Below, piece by piece: positions 33,360 through 46,465 of a stretch of DNA of 64,000 nucleotides (within the stretch, counting starts at the first letter, position 1; every line of letters starts with the position of its first letter). Origin of the DNA: Macrostomum lignano (lineage: Eukaryota); assembly GCA_002269645.1 (NCBI GenBank), contig NIVC01000366.1, positions 248,001 to 312,000 of the forward strand, read 5' to 3'. The position numbers and the translations under genes are program-made. Below the pieces are notes generated by a model, which saw nothing but the letters and a program-made list of their open reading frames with translations, did not search any database and had not been told where the DNA came from.

Positions 33360-36300
33360 CGGTGACTTCCAATTAGGAAATAATATGCAGTAGCAAAGCA
33401 AGTCAAGCGATACACTGTCCAGTAGAAGGTAAAGGATATGGTAAAGTGTAGCAATACAGAGCGAAAAACATTGTTTGAAACGGTTTCGAAATTTATAGAG
33501 TACGAGTGGAACTATGTCGCTGCCCTTAGTTATGTACTTGACGACATACTTAATCGCCTTGACTGTCGCGCAGATCTCGACGTTCAGGTGACACCTAAAC
33601 TCGCGCAGCAGCGCAGGGCAGTACGGCACCACCCAGCGGTTGTCAAAGGTGAAATTCGCCTTGTGACCGCCGCGCAGCTTTGCGACCTTCGTCACCGAGA
33701 AGCCGCCCATCTCGGTTGATCTGCGACGATAGTGCGGGTAGCCGTCCTCTTGAATCATCGTTACTGCCTGGAACTCTCTCGGATAGCGCTTGCTGCATGC
33801 GCCATTCTCCATGCACGACGCGGCTGGATTCAGCTGCATTCCACAGGGACCATGCAGGAGATTCTCAGCGACCAGCTTGTGCAGGTCCGCGTCGGCAACG
33901 GGATCCGGGAGTTCTGCACTGATGATGGCGTCATACTGATCCGGCTTCAGCTTGACAGCCAACCAAAGCAGTGCGTGCACGTGGGGAAGACCTGTTTAAA
34001 GTGGGATTTGGTTCATAAATAAAAAGTTTATGAGCAAAAGTTTATCAGGAAATATAACTAATTTTTAATTGTCTCCAGGAATAGCATTTTAACAATTTTA
34101 TTAGTACAGATATTTAATTATGCAATAAATATTGGCATGATAGTAGTTACCTCGCTTTTGGTACTCGAGAGCGCAGACTCGAGCCAGCGTGTCCCCAAAC
34201 AGACTCTTTAGCCTGTCGAGGAAGGCCTTCTTCTTCAGCTCGAACACCCGGGCGGTGATGTCCGGCCGATCCACGGCAGTTTGGCCAGGCAGTAGCTCAG
34301 CAAGGATCTCAGGCCACTTCGGGTTACACGTCATCGTCAGGAACAGGTCTGGGCGGCCGAAGGCGTGCACATACGCCATGGCATCCTGCTGACGCTCCAG
34401 ACGGTACCGAGGGCTAGACGTCAGGATGACGTGGTTCCCGATGTCGATCCCCATCGGGTCGATCTCGCTCGGGTCCCCGTCGTTCGCATGGAGGGCACCT
34501 CGCAATCCGCGCAGGCGCTCTGAAAGCAGATCCTTCTGGTGCAACCGGATGTAGTTGAGCCTCTCCGACTCAATCTTGGCAGCCTGGTCGACCAGATACT
34601 GCTGGAACAGCCGGCCTCCGTAGTGCAGGCTGTTGAACTGGCCTGGGCGCACCTGGATCATGAAGGCGTAATACTTCATGATAGTGATGCCACGATCCTG
34701 CTTGAGTCCGATGCTCCAGCCGTCCTCACCAAATGGGAACAGCAGGACGTACTCCAAGGGATCGTAGGAGCGGTGGGTGTCACAGATGCTCTGGAGGCCT
34801 GTGAATTACAGAATCAAAAATGAATTCGTCTTTTCTTAATGCAAATACAGCAGTTATATACATCAAACAGAATGCTTGAATCTTCCAGTTCACAAAAAAG
34901 CAAGAGATAATACATTGATTCAATAGATTTATTCGTTTGTATTAACAAATAAAAATAAGTTTAATATAAAGTTCGAGACGCAGAACTCACCACCGCCCCT
35001 CAGACGCAAAATCACATCCCGCCGTCGCGTCTGGGCTGCGCCTTCGGTATCGTCAAGGTCCGTCAGGATGCCGACTTCACTGCACTCGGGCAAATTGAAG
35101 CGTCTGGCATGCTCCCCAGATGGACGGGCATCGGGGTTGATGACGACCTTGGCGCTTTGCAGCTGAGGGTCGTTGCGGAGCAAGTCAACAGCGGACTTGA
35201 GGCTGCACACGTAGCCGTTGCACGCATGCAGCATGGCTTGCAGCTCTTCCAGCAGACGACCGTTCAGTCCGGTGGCCCACTGCAGCCGGGTTTGCAGCTC
35301 TTGGTCCACAAAAAAGACCTGGCAGAACCTGGCCTCATTTCCCGGATCCGGCAACAGGCTGCCGATCCGATGGTGCATCTGACCTGGTATTATGGTTATG
35401 ACCATGGAGGATGAAGCTCGGGTTCCAGCCGGGCTGCTCACGCTGCTTGGCACCGAGCGACGTCATGTGGAGCGCGCCGTTGTACTTCCTGATGTCCTTC
35501 AGGAACTGAGAGCTGTCTGGGTGCTGGCCAGTCAGAAGCCGCTTCAGGACATCAGGGGGGTCACGGCGGGGCTCCAGGACGGTCTGAGTTGGATTAAAGT
35601 TGGATTAATCACTTTCAGCAGCACATCACGCAATCGTCTATGACTCCATTGGTGGTCAGAGGTTTCATACTGTATACATTGATTAGTATAAAAAGCATTA
35701 ATGAGGCAGCGATTCAAGTGAACTAAAGTAAAAAATGAACTCACCTTTCCAGCGTGGCAGCAAATGCTAGCTGGCTCGTCTTTCCAGCGTAGCGCGCTGC
35801 AGTGCGGACATTGGCGGTCCATGCGACCGAGGACATGTGGCTGGTGTGCCAGCTCCAGCAGTCTGTGGCAACGAAAAAAGTGCATTTCAATCATTACTCA
35901 TAAATGAATTATAAAATTCAGTTGTACATGCATAAAGTTTATTAGTATCAGAGAAGAGATCAGTCTCGCACGTAAGAATAGTCTTTATCAAATATCAGTA
36001 ATCTTTAATCGTAATCTTTATCAGTCTCGCACGTAAGAATAGCAGAATCAATAATCAGGAACGCCTACCTGTCTCGGCGCCAGCCTGCCTGTGCATTTAG
36101 ACGGCGGTCGCGGTCATCAGCGGACTCAGCCGCGCGAATCTGGTTCTGGCGCTGCCGCTGCGCCTCCAGGCGATGCTGATGGACTGTCTCATCCTCGGCT
36201 TCACGGCTTTCAGCTGTGCGCTGCCGCTGCGCCTCCAAGCGATGCTGGCGCTCCTCGGGTGTCTCCGAGGCCCTGCGCTTCTTAGCTGCCGATGCAGCGC

Positions 36301-37146
36301 GTGTAGATCGGGAAATATTTCCGCGTTTGGGCATTTTCTTCCGCGTAGACAATAAACAATGAATAGGCAAAAATAAACAAAGCAAAAGTAAACAAATAGA
36401 AAGTAGAGATGATGATAATAAGCAAAAATAAGATAATAGCCAATAGGAAAATAAGGAAAAATAAGCAAATGGAAATATCGCCAGATTCAGCAAATTGGAG
36501 AGAAATCTTTAGAGAATTGAAAATTCGCCTCCTTAAGAAGGGCCTAGTGTACACGATTTTTTGTCAGTAAAAATCAATAAAAAAGAACCTTAAGCCCACC
36601 AGTCTGTCCACTGCCCAGCCGATGCAATGGACTGACTACAGGCGCCAATAAAAAAACCAACTGAATCTCGGGCACAGTCCTATTTATCTGCTTATCAACT
36701 GCGATGTACACTCAGCCCAAGCCCAACCCCCCATTCCGGGGGAATCGTTAAATTTAATTGAACCTCCCAACACGCGGGGGGTTATTTGCATTGAACGCGG
36801 AACACGAGTACCCAACCCCCCCCCTCCCAAAACACAGCGACGTGAGGGCGGAGGTTGGGGTGGCTTTTTTACAAACAGACTGCAACCCCTCCACTGGAGA
36901 GGCAGAGAGGCCACAGAAGGGCCAAAGAAGGTTAGGAAATCAGTTTTCTGCTTTTTTAGGGATCTCAAATGAAAAAATGAAAGATTAAAATAGCTATAAA
37001 CTCAATCCGGAAAATTTGCAGTTTTTCCCATATAAGTTTCAACGCTGACTTGCCAGTAGTCTAGGAGAAAAGTTGCAACAAACAAACATCGCGTCAGTTT
37101 TAGTATAAGGGGAGAGGGAGAGGAGAGGAGAGAGGGAGAAGAGAAT
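33360..37146 (-). mobile_element. Helitron, 3'-truncated (Rep only, no helicase)
   Basis: 5'-end-like sequence TATACTAAAACTGACGCGATGTTTGTTTG...GACTACTGG after a CT-rich start (~37060-37146), followed by a spliced Rep coding region. 3' hairpin/CTRR not found. Both boundaries are approximate. Confidence 0.85.
33500..36334 (-). pseudogene. Helitron Rep (HUH endonuclease); exons approx. 36334-36069, 35862-35745, ~35670-34991, 34798-34151, 33991-33500
   Basis: N-terminal ETPEERQHRLEAQRQR repeats; Zn motif CPHC..CCHAGKV; GQMHHRIGSLLP; YDPLEYVLLFPFGEDGW; GRLFQQYLVD; GRPDLFLTMTCNPKWPEI; EYQKRG|LPHVH (HUH); HGPCG; DNRWVVPY; KYVVKYITKG. In-frame stops near 35525-35545. Confidence 0.9.
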
Positions 37147-37155
37147 AAAATATTT

Positions 37156-37389
37156 TACTACACCTTTTCACGTTCAATCCTGAACAAAGTCCAGTTCCAA
37201 AAAAACTAGCGGAAATTCAATTCAGACAATTCAGACTGGGGACAATTTTGTCTATGGCTAAACCTCGCTTCCGTAGCAGAATGTTTTGAACTGGGGTTTG
37301 TTGCCCCAGTCTGAATTGTCTGAATTGAATTTCCGCCAGTTTTTCCAGAACTGGACTTTGTTCAAAATTGAACGTGAAAAGGTGTAGTA
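37156..37389. mobile_element. TA-flanked palindromic MITE (about 230 bp)
   Basis: TIR CTACACCTTTTCACGTTCAAT with extended inverted arms, TA at both ends. Second copy at 20606-20796. Confidence 0.85.
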
Positions 37390-37554
37390 TCACAGGTGCA
37401 GTGAAAATATTTAAAAACTAAACTAGCATGTTTCCTACAAAGTGTTCAGTGTGCTTTTTGCCTCTCACACCAGCTTGGCCGTTAAAGTTGGCAAAAATAC
37501 TGTTGAAATCAACACTTCTCGACCAATATCGACAAGTTGCCGAAGTTTTTATTA

Positions 37555-37830
37555 GAGGCAGGGGGTTGTCTGCATCCTGCTGCACTTTAAGTGACATTGT
37601 CGCACAGCCGGCGAGAGGCATTACTGCCCATTCCGCCGACCCCATGAGCAGGCACACAAGCGCGCGGATACGTACGCAGTCATACGCACAGGCACACACT
37701 CACACAGGAGTGTACAGTGCGGTCCTAACTTTATTTATCGTTAGGCATGTACACTTCACTGTGCCTTGGGGGGTTGGCCTTCAAGGGCGTTAATGGCACG
37801 AGCAGAGACAAGTCGAGATTCCAATTTAGC
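37555..37830 (-). repeat. Second copy of the 19600-19870 interspersed repeat
   Basis: The reverse complement matches 19600-19870 closely. Confidence 0.75.
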
Positions 37831-38069
37831 CACAAATTAATGTGACTGCACTTGGAATCGAGCCTGGGCCGCTGGCACACAGAGCGCCGCGCGAGACCAC
37901 ACGAGACCATACAGGCTACGCCCTTGTCGTGTCCTGTTAGTGTAGGTAAAAATATTAAAAATCGAAAAACTTGACCTTGACCGACAAGCAGTTGTCCACT
38001 TTGTAAATAGAAAAATATTTCTATAAAATCTGTGATCAGCAGAAACCCAGATGCTCGCACACAACCAGC

Positions 38070-39115
38070 TCACACTACGGACTTTTTCCCGAAAAAATCT
38101 ACCGGCGGGTTCATCTGCGACGTTCGGCGCATAAAGTTTGCCGATGATCGCCGAGCACCGTTGGGCAACGCATTCGACGCCACGGCCTCCTCGGCGTCGC
38201 CGCCGCGGTACAATTTGTACAACTCCTCTACGATTTCGGCCGCGCACACGTCGCCGATATTTTCGGCAATCATCCGCAATAGAAAGATGCCGTCGTGCGA
38301 CAGGAACTGGTTAACAAACTGCTTCCGCTTTTGTTTGTCTTCTTTGGATTCGTCGCATGCCGATCGGAGTACCATCAGGTAGCGCTTGACGAACGTCTGT
38401 CGGTTCTTATACACCAGCAGGCGGATCAGCCAGACTATTGTAGAGCCGCCAGTCAGGGATAAGCACAGGATCGTCCAGAACCAAAGGAATATGTAGATCT
38501 TCTCGTTCAGAAGGTTGACTGGCAAGACGCACTGCACAGACCGGATGTTCCACTGGCCGACGTGTTTCGACGGCACGTCGCAGAAAGTGACCCTGGGAAA
38601 CACCATGGTCTGCTCCCACTCGCGGCCGCGGAGCAGATTGCTCATACAGTGCCAGCCGAATGCCAGACTGTCGAAGCCTAAGAATGACTGCATAATAAAC
38701 AAGTGAGCAACTCCCACCAAAGCGTACACCATCTTGTTCGTGATGTACAAAGCAAGCAGCATCGTGCCCGACCGTTTGCCGAACCAGAAACAGGGCAGGA
38801 ACTTGTGGCAGGCTTGGTGCAGCTTTTGGCGCGGCTCCGTCTTAAATGTAACCTGGCGACCGCAGTCTGGCCCGGTCCTGCTGTCCTGGTAATGACCGCA
38901 GCCCCGACAGTTTATTGTCTTCTCAATGTGTCTAGCCAGAAAGTTTACCAACTTCTTCTTTCGTTCCTGGTCCATTGTAGCGGTTTCTGCGGCAAACTTT
39001 ACAATCGCGTTCGGATTGTAGCCAGTCTGCTGGGCCATGATCTTCCACACCAGGTGAGGTGTGTACACGAGCAGTGCCTCCAGTGCCAGTACGAATGGCA
39101 CCCATTGGTAGTAGT
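38070..39115 (-). CDS. Innexin exon 2 (terminal)
   Basis: Acceptor CCTTTCAG. (N)YYQWVPFVL, FPRVTFCD and CVLPVNLLNEKIYIFLWFW are innexin signatures. Stop ends at 38070. Confidence 0.95.
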
Positions 39116-39199
39116 CTGAAAGGGATCGGTGAGGTTGTTTTAGCTAGTTGTACACCATCGCAAGCAACGCGAGCTTGTGTCTTTTGGAGATTTTGATGG

Positions 39200-39390
39200 T
39201 GGATGCTAATTCAGTTTTCGACGATGTGACTTTTCGAGCTTGTGATGTGATGGTGGTTGCTAAATCAGCTTTCGACGATGTGACTTTTCGAGCTTGTGTT
39301 GGTGGTTGCTAAATCAGCTTTCGACGATGTGAATTTTCGAGCTTGTGATGTAGCCCTGTTTCGACGATGGGGTGATTTTTCGAGCTTATG
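39200..39390. repeat. About 45-50-bp degenerate tandem repeat, about 4 copies
   Basis: Recurring TTTCGACGATGTGACTTTTCGAGCTTGTG. Confidence 0.75.
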
Positions 39391-39685
39391 ATCGCGACCC
39401 ATGAGTGTATTGTCTGTTTATGTGTATGTAATTTTCAAAGCTGCCAAACTGCAGACTATTTTTGTCTGCTACTTTGTCGAGACTATAGGAAACAATAGAT
39501 GAACTTAATTTGGCTATGCAAGCAAAGGCTGAAGAGTAGACGTCAATCAAGGGTTAGATTAATTAAAACGAACCAATGTCACAAATATTCTTCTCCACAA
39601 AGCAACTATTCCAAAAATGTTTTATTATAAAATATATTTGTTTAAATATGAACTCGGTTAAAATTGGCACTCGGACTCGCCACCA

Positions 39686-42600
39686 CACCATGCGCCCAAA
39701 ACGGCACTTTCACGCATGTTTCACGCGACACGCATGGACATACATGCGCTACGCGTGTTCCTGCAATTCACGTCACGGGAACATGCCAGTTCACGTGTGC
39801 TTGTGGTAAAAGGTATGCACGTGATTTCATGGACAAATCACGCGTTTTCACATTAGAGAATCAGATATTTGTCAACTATGTTACTTTAAGTAGCATAGAT
39901 AAGCGGCAGCAAGGGATCGCATAATTCCTAAATCAAGTATAATGAATATCTTTCTTAAACTGTTAAACTTCAAACAGAAATGCATTTCTTACTATACCAT
40001 AAATATTTTGCAGCCAATCGTTTCTCTCGCCGCTCAATTAACATTGAATAAAAAATGAAGATATAAAAAATCAAGTGAACTCACTTGAAGCCACATTGAA
40101 TCAAGAACTGTGTGCTTTCGAGAGAAGACACTATATAGAAGAAATGCGACTAAAATTTAGTCACGAGTAATTGTTTAACTCGAATTTATGATTTATAAAG
40201 TAACAAAAATAATTTTTTCGTGATAAAGCGATGCAATCTGCATCCACATAAACTTCTGACGCAGCTTACTTCCATCTTTGTTAAAGTAGTTATAAAGCAA
40301 AGCGGTGTAATTAAAACGCGGAAGGTTTTTTAAATGTTTAGCGCCTGGACTCTTGTCGAACGAACGCATTGCATGGGCTATAGTTGAAAAGACAGGAGAC
40401 GAATAAAATAGTCAGGCATCGTGGTGCCACCCAATGATGTAGGCACCAATAGTCTATCACGTGGCCTATCAATATATATAGATTGCCTATCACCTTACTA
40501 ACTGCGCTCTATATACTACTACTGCCACTGTAATTTTGATTTTTTTTAATAACCAGATTATGTCTGCAGAACCCCATAGAACAAAAGTTATGTATTCTTT
40601 GTTCTTGGTATTTCCGTCACCCTTTGTATGCCAGTATGCTATTAAATTTACTTTTAATTGGGCTTATAGGTTATAGCTAGATAGGCCTATTATAAATGCA
40701 ATCAGTTCCTGTTTTATGTGTACATTAGCTAATTTTGCATTTATTTTTTGCTATATAAAATGCAAAGGTTTGCTACTTAACCTAACTCTCAAATGAAAAT
40801 TTACAAAAACAAGACAGAGGACAATTATTAAGATTTCTTATTTGTTTTATTATTACAATAATGCATTCCTTTTATTTATATACTTGGCACTTAATTTATT
40901 ATTAATATTACCTTAATTACCAAAAAACTGACTGTATACTATATTGAATTCCTAAAAAACTCCTTTTTGCTCTACACTTGTTCCTTTGTCTTATCCTACC
41001 TTTTATTTTTTAATACTGTTTAAATTCCATATTCCAAAAACTCTAATTATAGCTATTTTGGATTCTACCTGACTTAATAAACTATATAGTAGGCCTAGCC
41101 ATAGTCAAGTCAACAAGGTGTCTGGCCTAGAAAAATTCTGGCATGAAAATAGGTGAAGAAAAATTTTGGCATATAATTTCTATCTATAGGCTAGCCTACA
41201 CATAGGAAAAATATATATAAAAAATTTGAGCATTCTGGTTTATTCTATTAGGTATTAGGTCATATAGCTAAATGTTCACATGCACTTTGGCATGAGCATT
41301 TTTTGTATAGACATAAAGAATTAACACAAGCTTACTAATGCTAATGTCCAAAGTCAAGTCATTAGCAAACTGGCAGCAAAGTATTTAGCAAGTTCTAAAG
41401 AAGTTATTCATTGCTAAGCTTAGACATTAGCAGAAGGCAAAGGAAAATTGTTTTTTTTAGTTATACAATATAGCTGTATGTTTTTATATACTAACCATAG
41501 AGCCATGAACCCCCTGTTTGTTCCTTAATACTCTGTAGTATAATAAAAAATCTCCTCAATAAAAATGTAACCTTTATACCTATCTCAATTCAGATATTAG
41601 TATTATGACAAACAGGTCTACAAATTTATTGAAACATTTGGAATAGACCAAAATGGATGACACCCATAACACCCATAAGGGGCAAGCCCCAAGGCACAGA
41701 GAATATATAGTGCCTGACAATGAGAAAGTCAAAGCAGATATATACCTCTGTGTGATCATTGCCTATGTATATATCCATGTGCCTGTGTATGCTCAGAAGT
41801 CAGCAGAATGGGCAGAATTGCCTGCCTCCCTAGGCCTACTGGTTATAGGTTTATAAAAGCATTGCACCAGGGTGCCCATAGCCCTTCTGCAAATAACTAA
41901 ACTAATTAATGGCATTTCATTGAACATGGTCAATATGTAAATATAGTAGCTAGTTGACCTGTCTTTTTCTTTTGGAAAGATTTTGTCTTCTTTTTTAATT
42001 ATTTTATTTTGTATTCTTCAGCTTCTAGTGCTTGATAGCTTTGTCCAGGGTTCTCTTCTGAACCCTACAAACTTCTTAAGATATCTTTTTACTTTCAGTG
42101 TTAGTCCATTTTGTCCATTTAGGTAAATGCATAGACCAATGACAAGCCATTATTTGTCTGAATTTCTCACCTTGCTTAGCATTTTGTAGTCTGGGTAGAA
42201 TCTATTCCATAATAAGTTTATTAACCTACTCCCTCTCTAGCCATATCAATCAGAGCATTGCTATTGGCTGGCCTACTGCTACTTATGCTTTTCTTTTGTT
42301 AGACAGTTTTGGCTGGTTGCAGCTGCTGTGAAAGATAGACACTGTTAGTTAGGTGTGATGGCACAACAACTATAATGAAAAATCATCTGGGAGAGCATGT
42401 GACTTACTTTTTGAAAACCAAGCAGTACATAGAAAAGCTAAAACCATGAGTTTGTTAATTTCTTATATTTGAAATATTTGGTTTCAAATCAGCTATGTCA
42501 AATATTCAAATCAAATCTATTTGAAATTTCATATTTGTACCATCCCTAGACTAACCACTAAGCTACAACCTACCACAAAGTGAGATCCTACCCATAAAAC

Positions 42601-45272
42601 AGCGGACTGGATAAATTCTATAACTATTAAATTCCAATGTGAAACCAATGATGTTAGCACCAATTCATTTTCTAAACTCTTCCATTTTTGGAAATTATGT
42701 ATATTGTTATATTTCACTGACTTCAATTTGGCCTACCACATTTATAATGCTATTTAAATATTTTATATTACTGCAATATGGAGCTTTGCTTTTCCTTTTA
42801 AAGAATTTTTTGTTAAATCTACCCACAATGATATTTTAGCTACAATTAAAAGTCATTTTTTACATTCAACAATATATTTAAAAAAAATTATTCTTTAAAA
42901 GAACAAAGTACAACAATAAAGTATTAATATTATAACTTTATTTAAGCATTGACTTATAGCCAATTGCAGTAATTTAGATTAGATCTTGTAGATCTGACTT
43001 GACTAGGCCTATATATCATAGAAATAGGTATAGGTAAATATTTTTGCATCATAAAATAACAACATTTATTAGCAAAGCCAAGGACGTAATTGTACTTGTT
43101 GTATTTTACATTTGCTTGCACAAGGTTGTAATCAAAACTTAGTCAATTGCTATTTTTTGTATCAAAAATTCAAATGAAACCTAAGCTTGTTATTAAGGGC
43201 CAATGGCACAGTGATCATTACATTATTAAGTTTTTCCTATGGAGTCAAGTTTGATTCCACATTTGTGACTTAATTAGTGATCATTTGTAGAAATCCCTTC
43301 ATTCCTTCTGATTTGGATCCTACCCATATGAATTTAAGACAAAAGCATATGATCTGTGGTTCAGCAGTCATGGTTAATAGAGTTTAACTATAATTTTGTT
43401 TTAGTGGCATAATGACATTAGTTTCAGAATAGATTTAAGCTAAATGAACAAAATAACTCAAGCTTCCAAAACAATCGATACCAGCTTTTTGCACCTTAAT
43501 TATTTCAAGCCACCATAGCTTGGTTCGCTAATCCTGTTGTATAGTAGTAACTTGTCATTCTCCAATTTACTGTAATATTTTTAACTGGAAACACTCCGCC
43601 AATTGGTATTCTGCATTTTTTTAATTTCAGCATAACTGGGCGACTTTTAATGGGATCTGATCAAGACTCAATTGATACTGTCCCGAGTCATGATGCCCTC
43701 TCTGTAAGGACTCCTGTCAGTACCCTTTCGCAAGCGTCGCAATTAAGCCTGAGTCAGCGAATTCTGACGCCGCCGTTGGCTACTGTACGGTTGCCAAACG
43801 ATGCCACATGCATCGCTGTTCAAGGGCACTCATCTCAGAACGCAGACTGGAGTGAAGATTTTATTACATACTCGACTCGTAAGCGAGATGTTGCCGCTCC
43901 TTACTATTATGGGCAGTTATGGTCTGGAACATCCGACAAAAAGTTAAATCAGCTGTTACGAATGGAATCATTCTTCAATTTACGATCGTTCTTTAAAGTC
44001 GAACAGTAGTTGTGTAATGCTTACGGACGGGCAAATTGGATTTATTCACAACTTCCGCGAACCATCAACGGCTATCATTAAAGCTGCCAAGACTATGCGC
44101 CCCACCATCACACGACCAACATCACAATGTCCACATCTGAAGCGGATGTACATGCAGCTGTGTACTGTGGCGAACAAATGCCCCACGTTTAAGTATCTCC
44201 TGGTCGATCCTACGGAGGCAAACTACAGGACTATTGATTTAAACGACATCACTTATCGATGCTTGTTTACGCCAGCTTCTTCTGCGACCCCGTATTTACT
44301 TAATGTGTGCCCTCTTATTGAGTTTGATTAGGTTAGTTAACCATTTTATTTTTTGCTTGCACAGTTCATCGATAACCGTTTGCCTACGTAGTGCACATTC
44401 GTAGTCTCATTATGCACGTTATTTTTATGACAAATTTAAGTCGCGTTATTACTCATGTTCGAAATACTACTCTTTTCTCTCTTACGCACTTTAATGTTTC
44501 AGTTTTATTAGATTTGCCTTTATAATATTATGTTTCTTTGGTTTCTCACATTTGCATTATGATCCATGTATCACGTGTATGTATAATCGAGCGTGTTGCA
44601 TTATATGTATTTTTTCTATATTGTATGTTTTTTGTTTGATACATTTTGCTTATGTGCAATACACTGCTTATTTTAATACACAAAGATCGAGCTTTGTTTG
44701 TAAAAAATATTCCCTACAATATTTACAAATTAGGAATTTATTCACTAAGTTAGTATTTAAACAAGTACTACTGCTCCGTTTTTGTCAGTTTTGTTCATTT
44801 TAGTTCTATTTCTTCTACCTTGACTTCCAGATTCCTGGTTTTCAATTGGGTGTGGTGGAATTCTAGTTTTAAGAAGTACTTTTATGCGAATAGGGAGTAA
44901 ATTAAGAGGGCGTATGCATTGGAAGTACTGCATAGGAAAATTCGCAATGCATTTCAATCTCGGTATGTGAAGCTACGTATGAAAGTAACTAGAAGTAGCT
45001 GTTTTGTTCAAAGCCTGTGTGCACCTGTGTACATGCATTGAATACTCATGTAGATTCGTATATAAATTATATGGAGCGCGAATAATGCACGCATGCATAC
45101 AACATGTTCACGCGAGAGAACGTCACGGGGAGACGCGTTTTCCCGTCGTGTGTGCACGCATGTCTTCCCATGCGACATGGAGGCACGCGGCGTGTGCCTG
45201 CATGTCGCATGGAAAGACACTCGTGGCCATGCCGGGATTCCCGCGTGAATCATATGGGAAGGGTGCATAGTG
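39686..45272 (+). mobile_element. Probable EnSpm/CMC-type DNA transposon relic in the innexin intron
   Basis: Termini CACCATGCGCCC and (reverse complement) CACTATGCACCC match 10/12. CA on both flanks, a possible 2-bp TSD. CACG/CATG-rich subterminal zones at 39690-39850 and 45010-45270. Internal transposase-like fragment. Confidence 0.45.
43630..44331 (+). pseudogene. Frameshifted fragment resembling the C-terminus of animal EnSpm/CMC transposases
   Basis: NG..HSSIYDRSLKSNSSCVMLTDGQIGFI...IDLNDITYRCLF...CPLIEFD-stop. Preceded by a TTTCAG acceptor at 43630. Recognised from remembered motif patterns, not from a search. Confidence 0.45.
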
Positions 45273-45714
45273 CACGCTGTGCAAAATAATTTAGAAGACT
45301 GTCAGTTCCCCTCTCGTCTCACGCCACTATTTGGTTGCTTTACGAGCAGCTGCCACTAACCTCCCGCCTTTGCTTTTTTGTGGCCCAACTTCATTCTGAG
45401 ATATGCTGAGCATTTTTGTATATAGCATCTCGCCATGCGCCTTCGCCTTGAAAATTTGCACAGAAGAAGTATGGAAATTTCTTACTCTACGAGTGTTACA
45501 GCGTGTGTAGAGTCTGCGTCTGGTAGATGCTTGTTTATTGAATCAAAGAGCATTACAGAAGTGTCTAAAGTTTGTATTTCACCATTGATGTGAAAGCTTA
45601 GTGTCAGTATAAAACGACCGTCTCTATTTTGACGCAATCGTTTTGATATAAAAGATAACATAAAATGTATATACTTGTTCATTAACTTTGATATACAAAG
45701 TGCAGCTTCAAGCT

Positions 45715-46090
45715 GCCAAATCCAACAACTTCAATCTACCAATTCCAACTCCAATCTACCAATTCCAACTACAAACTACCAATTCCAACTCCAATCTACC
45801 AATTCCAACTACAAACTACCAATTCCAATTTCAATCTACCAATTCCAACTACAAACTACCAATTCCAACTATAATCTACCAATTCCAACTCCAATCTACC
45901 AATTCCAACTCCAATCTACCAATTCTAACTACAAACTACCAATTCCAACTCCAATCTACCAATTCCAACTATAATCTACCAATTCCAACTATAATCTACC
46001 AATTCCAACTACATTCTATCGATCCCAACTCCCAATCTTCCAAACTGGCTACTCCAAATCTACCAAAACCGACTCCAGTCTATTCCAGCT
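45715..46090. repeat. Minisatellite CCAATTCCAACT(CCAATCTA/ACAAACTA) in the innexin intron
   Basis: Tandem units of about 20 bp with alternating variants. Confidence 0.85.
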
Positions 46091-46167
46091 CCAACAAATT
46101 TAAGGCACCAACTATTGCATCGAATTTCCATCACGGAAGCCCCCTGTCCATATCAGTCAAGACTTAC

Positions 46168-46465
46168 TCAGCTCCGACTTTCGCCTCGTGAGCATGTCGG
46201 GATGCGCCGGGTCCATGTGCGCCACGTGATAAGTGTTCTGAATCCAGCAATAGTTCTCAGTGTACTCTTCCCAAGGCCTGGGCCATTCGGGCGGCACCCA
46301 GCACTGGATGGGGGTGAAGATGTACTGCCTCATGGCGATCACGGCCGTGGATATGATGAGGAACGCCCCAGTCCATTGATAGTTGACTTTGTCAGCGAAG
46401 TCTTCCGCGTTAACCAAACTGCCAAATTTGAATTTGGTGAACCGAAAGAAGAAATCGGCGTTCAT
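46168..46465 (-). CDS. Innexin exon 1
   Basis: ATG at 46465. EDFADKVNYQWT..RQYIFTPIQCWVP..WEEYTENYCWIQNTY. GTAAGT donor, phase 1, joins exon 2 as A|AC TAC TAC CAA TGG. Confidence 0.95.

Noticed and set aside
32735-33400. Helitron 3' terminus (hairpin plus CTRR)
   Set aside because: GC-rich partial palindromes at ~33160-33210 exist, but there is no clean stem followed by CTRR|T on the minus strand.
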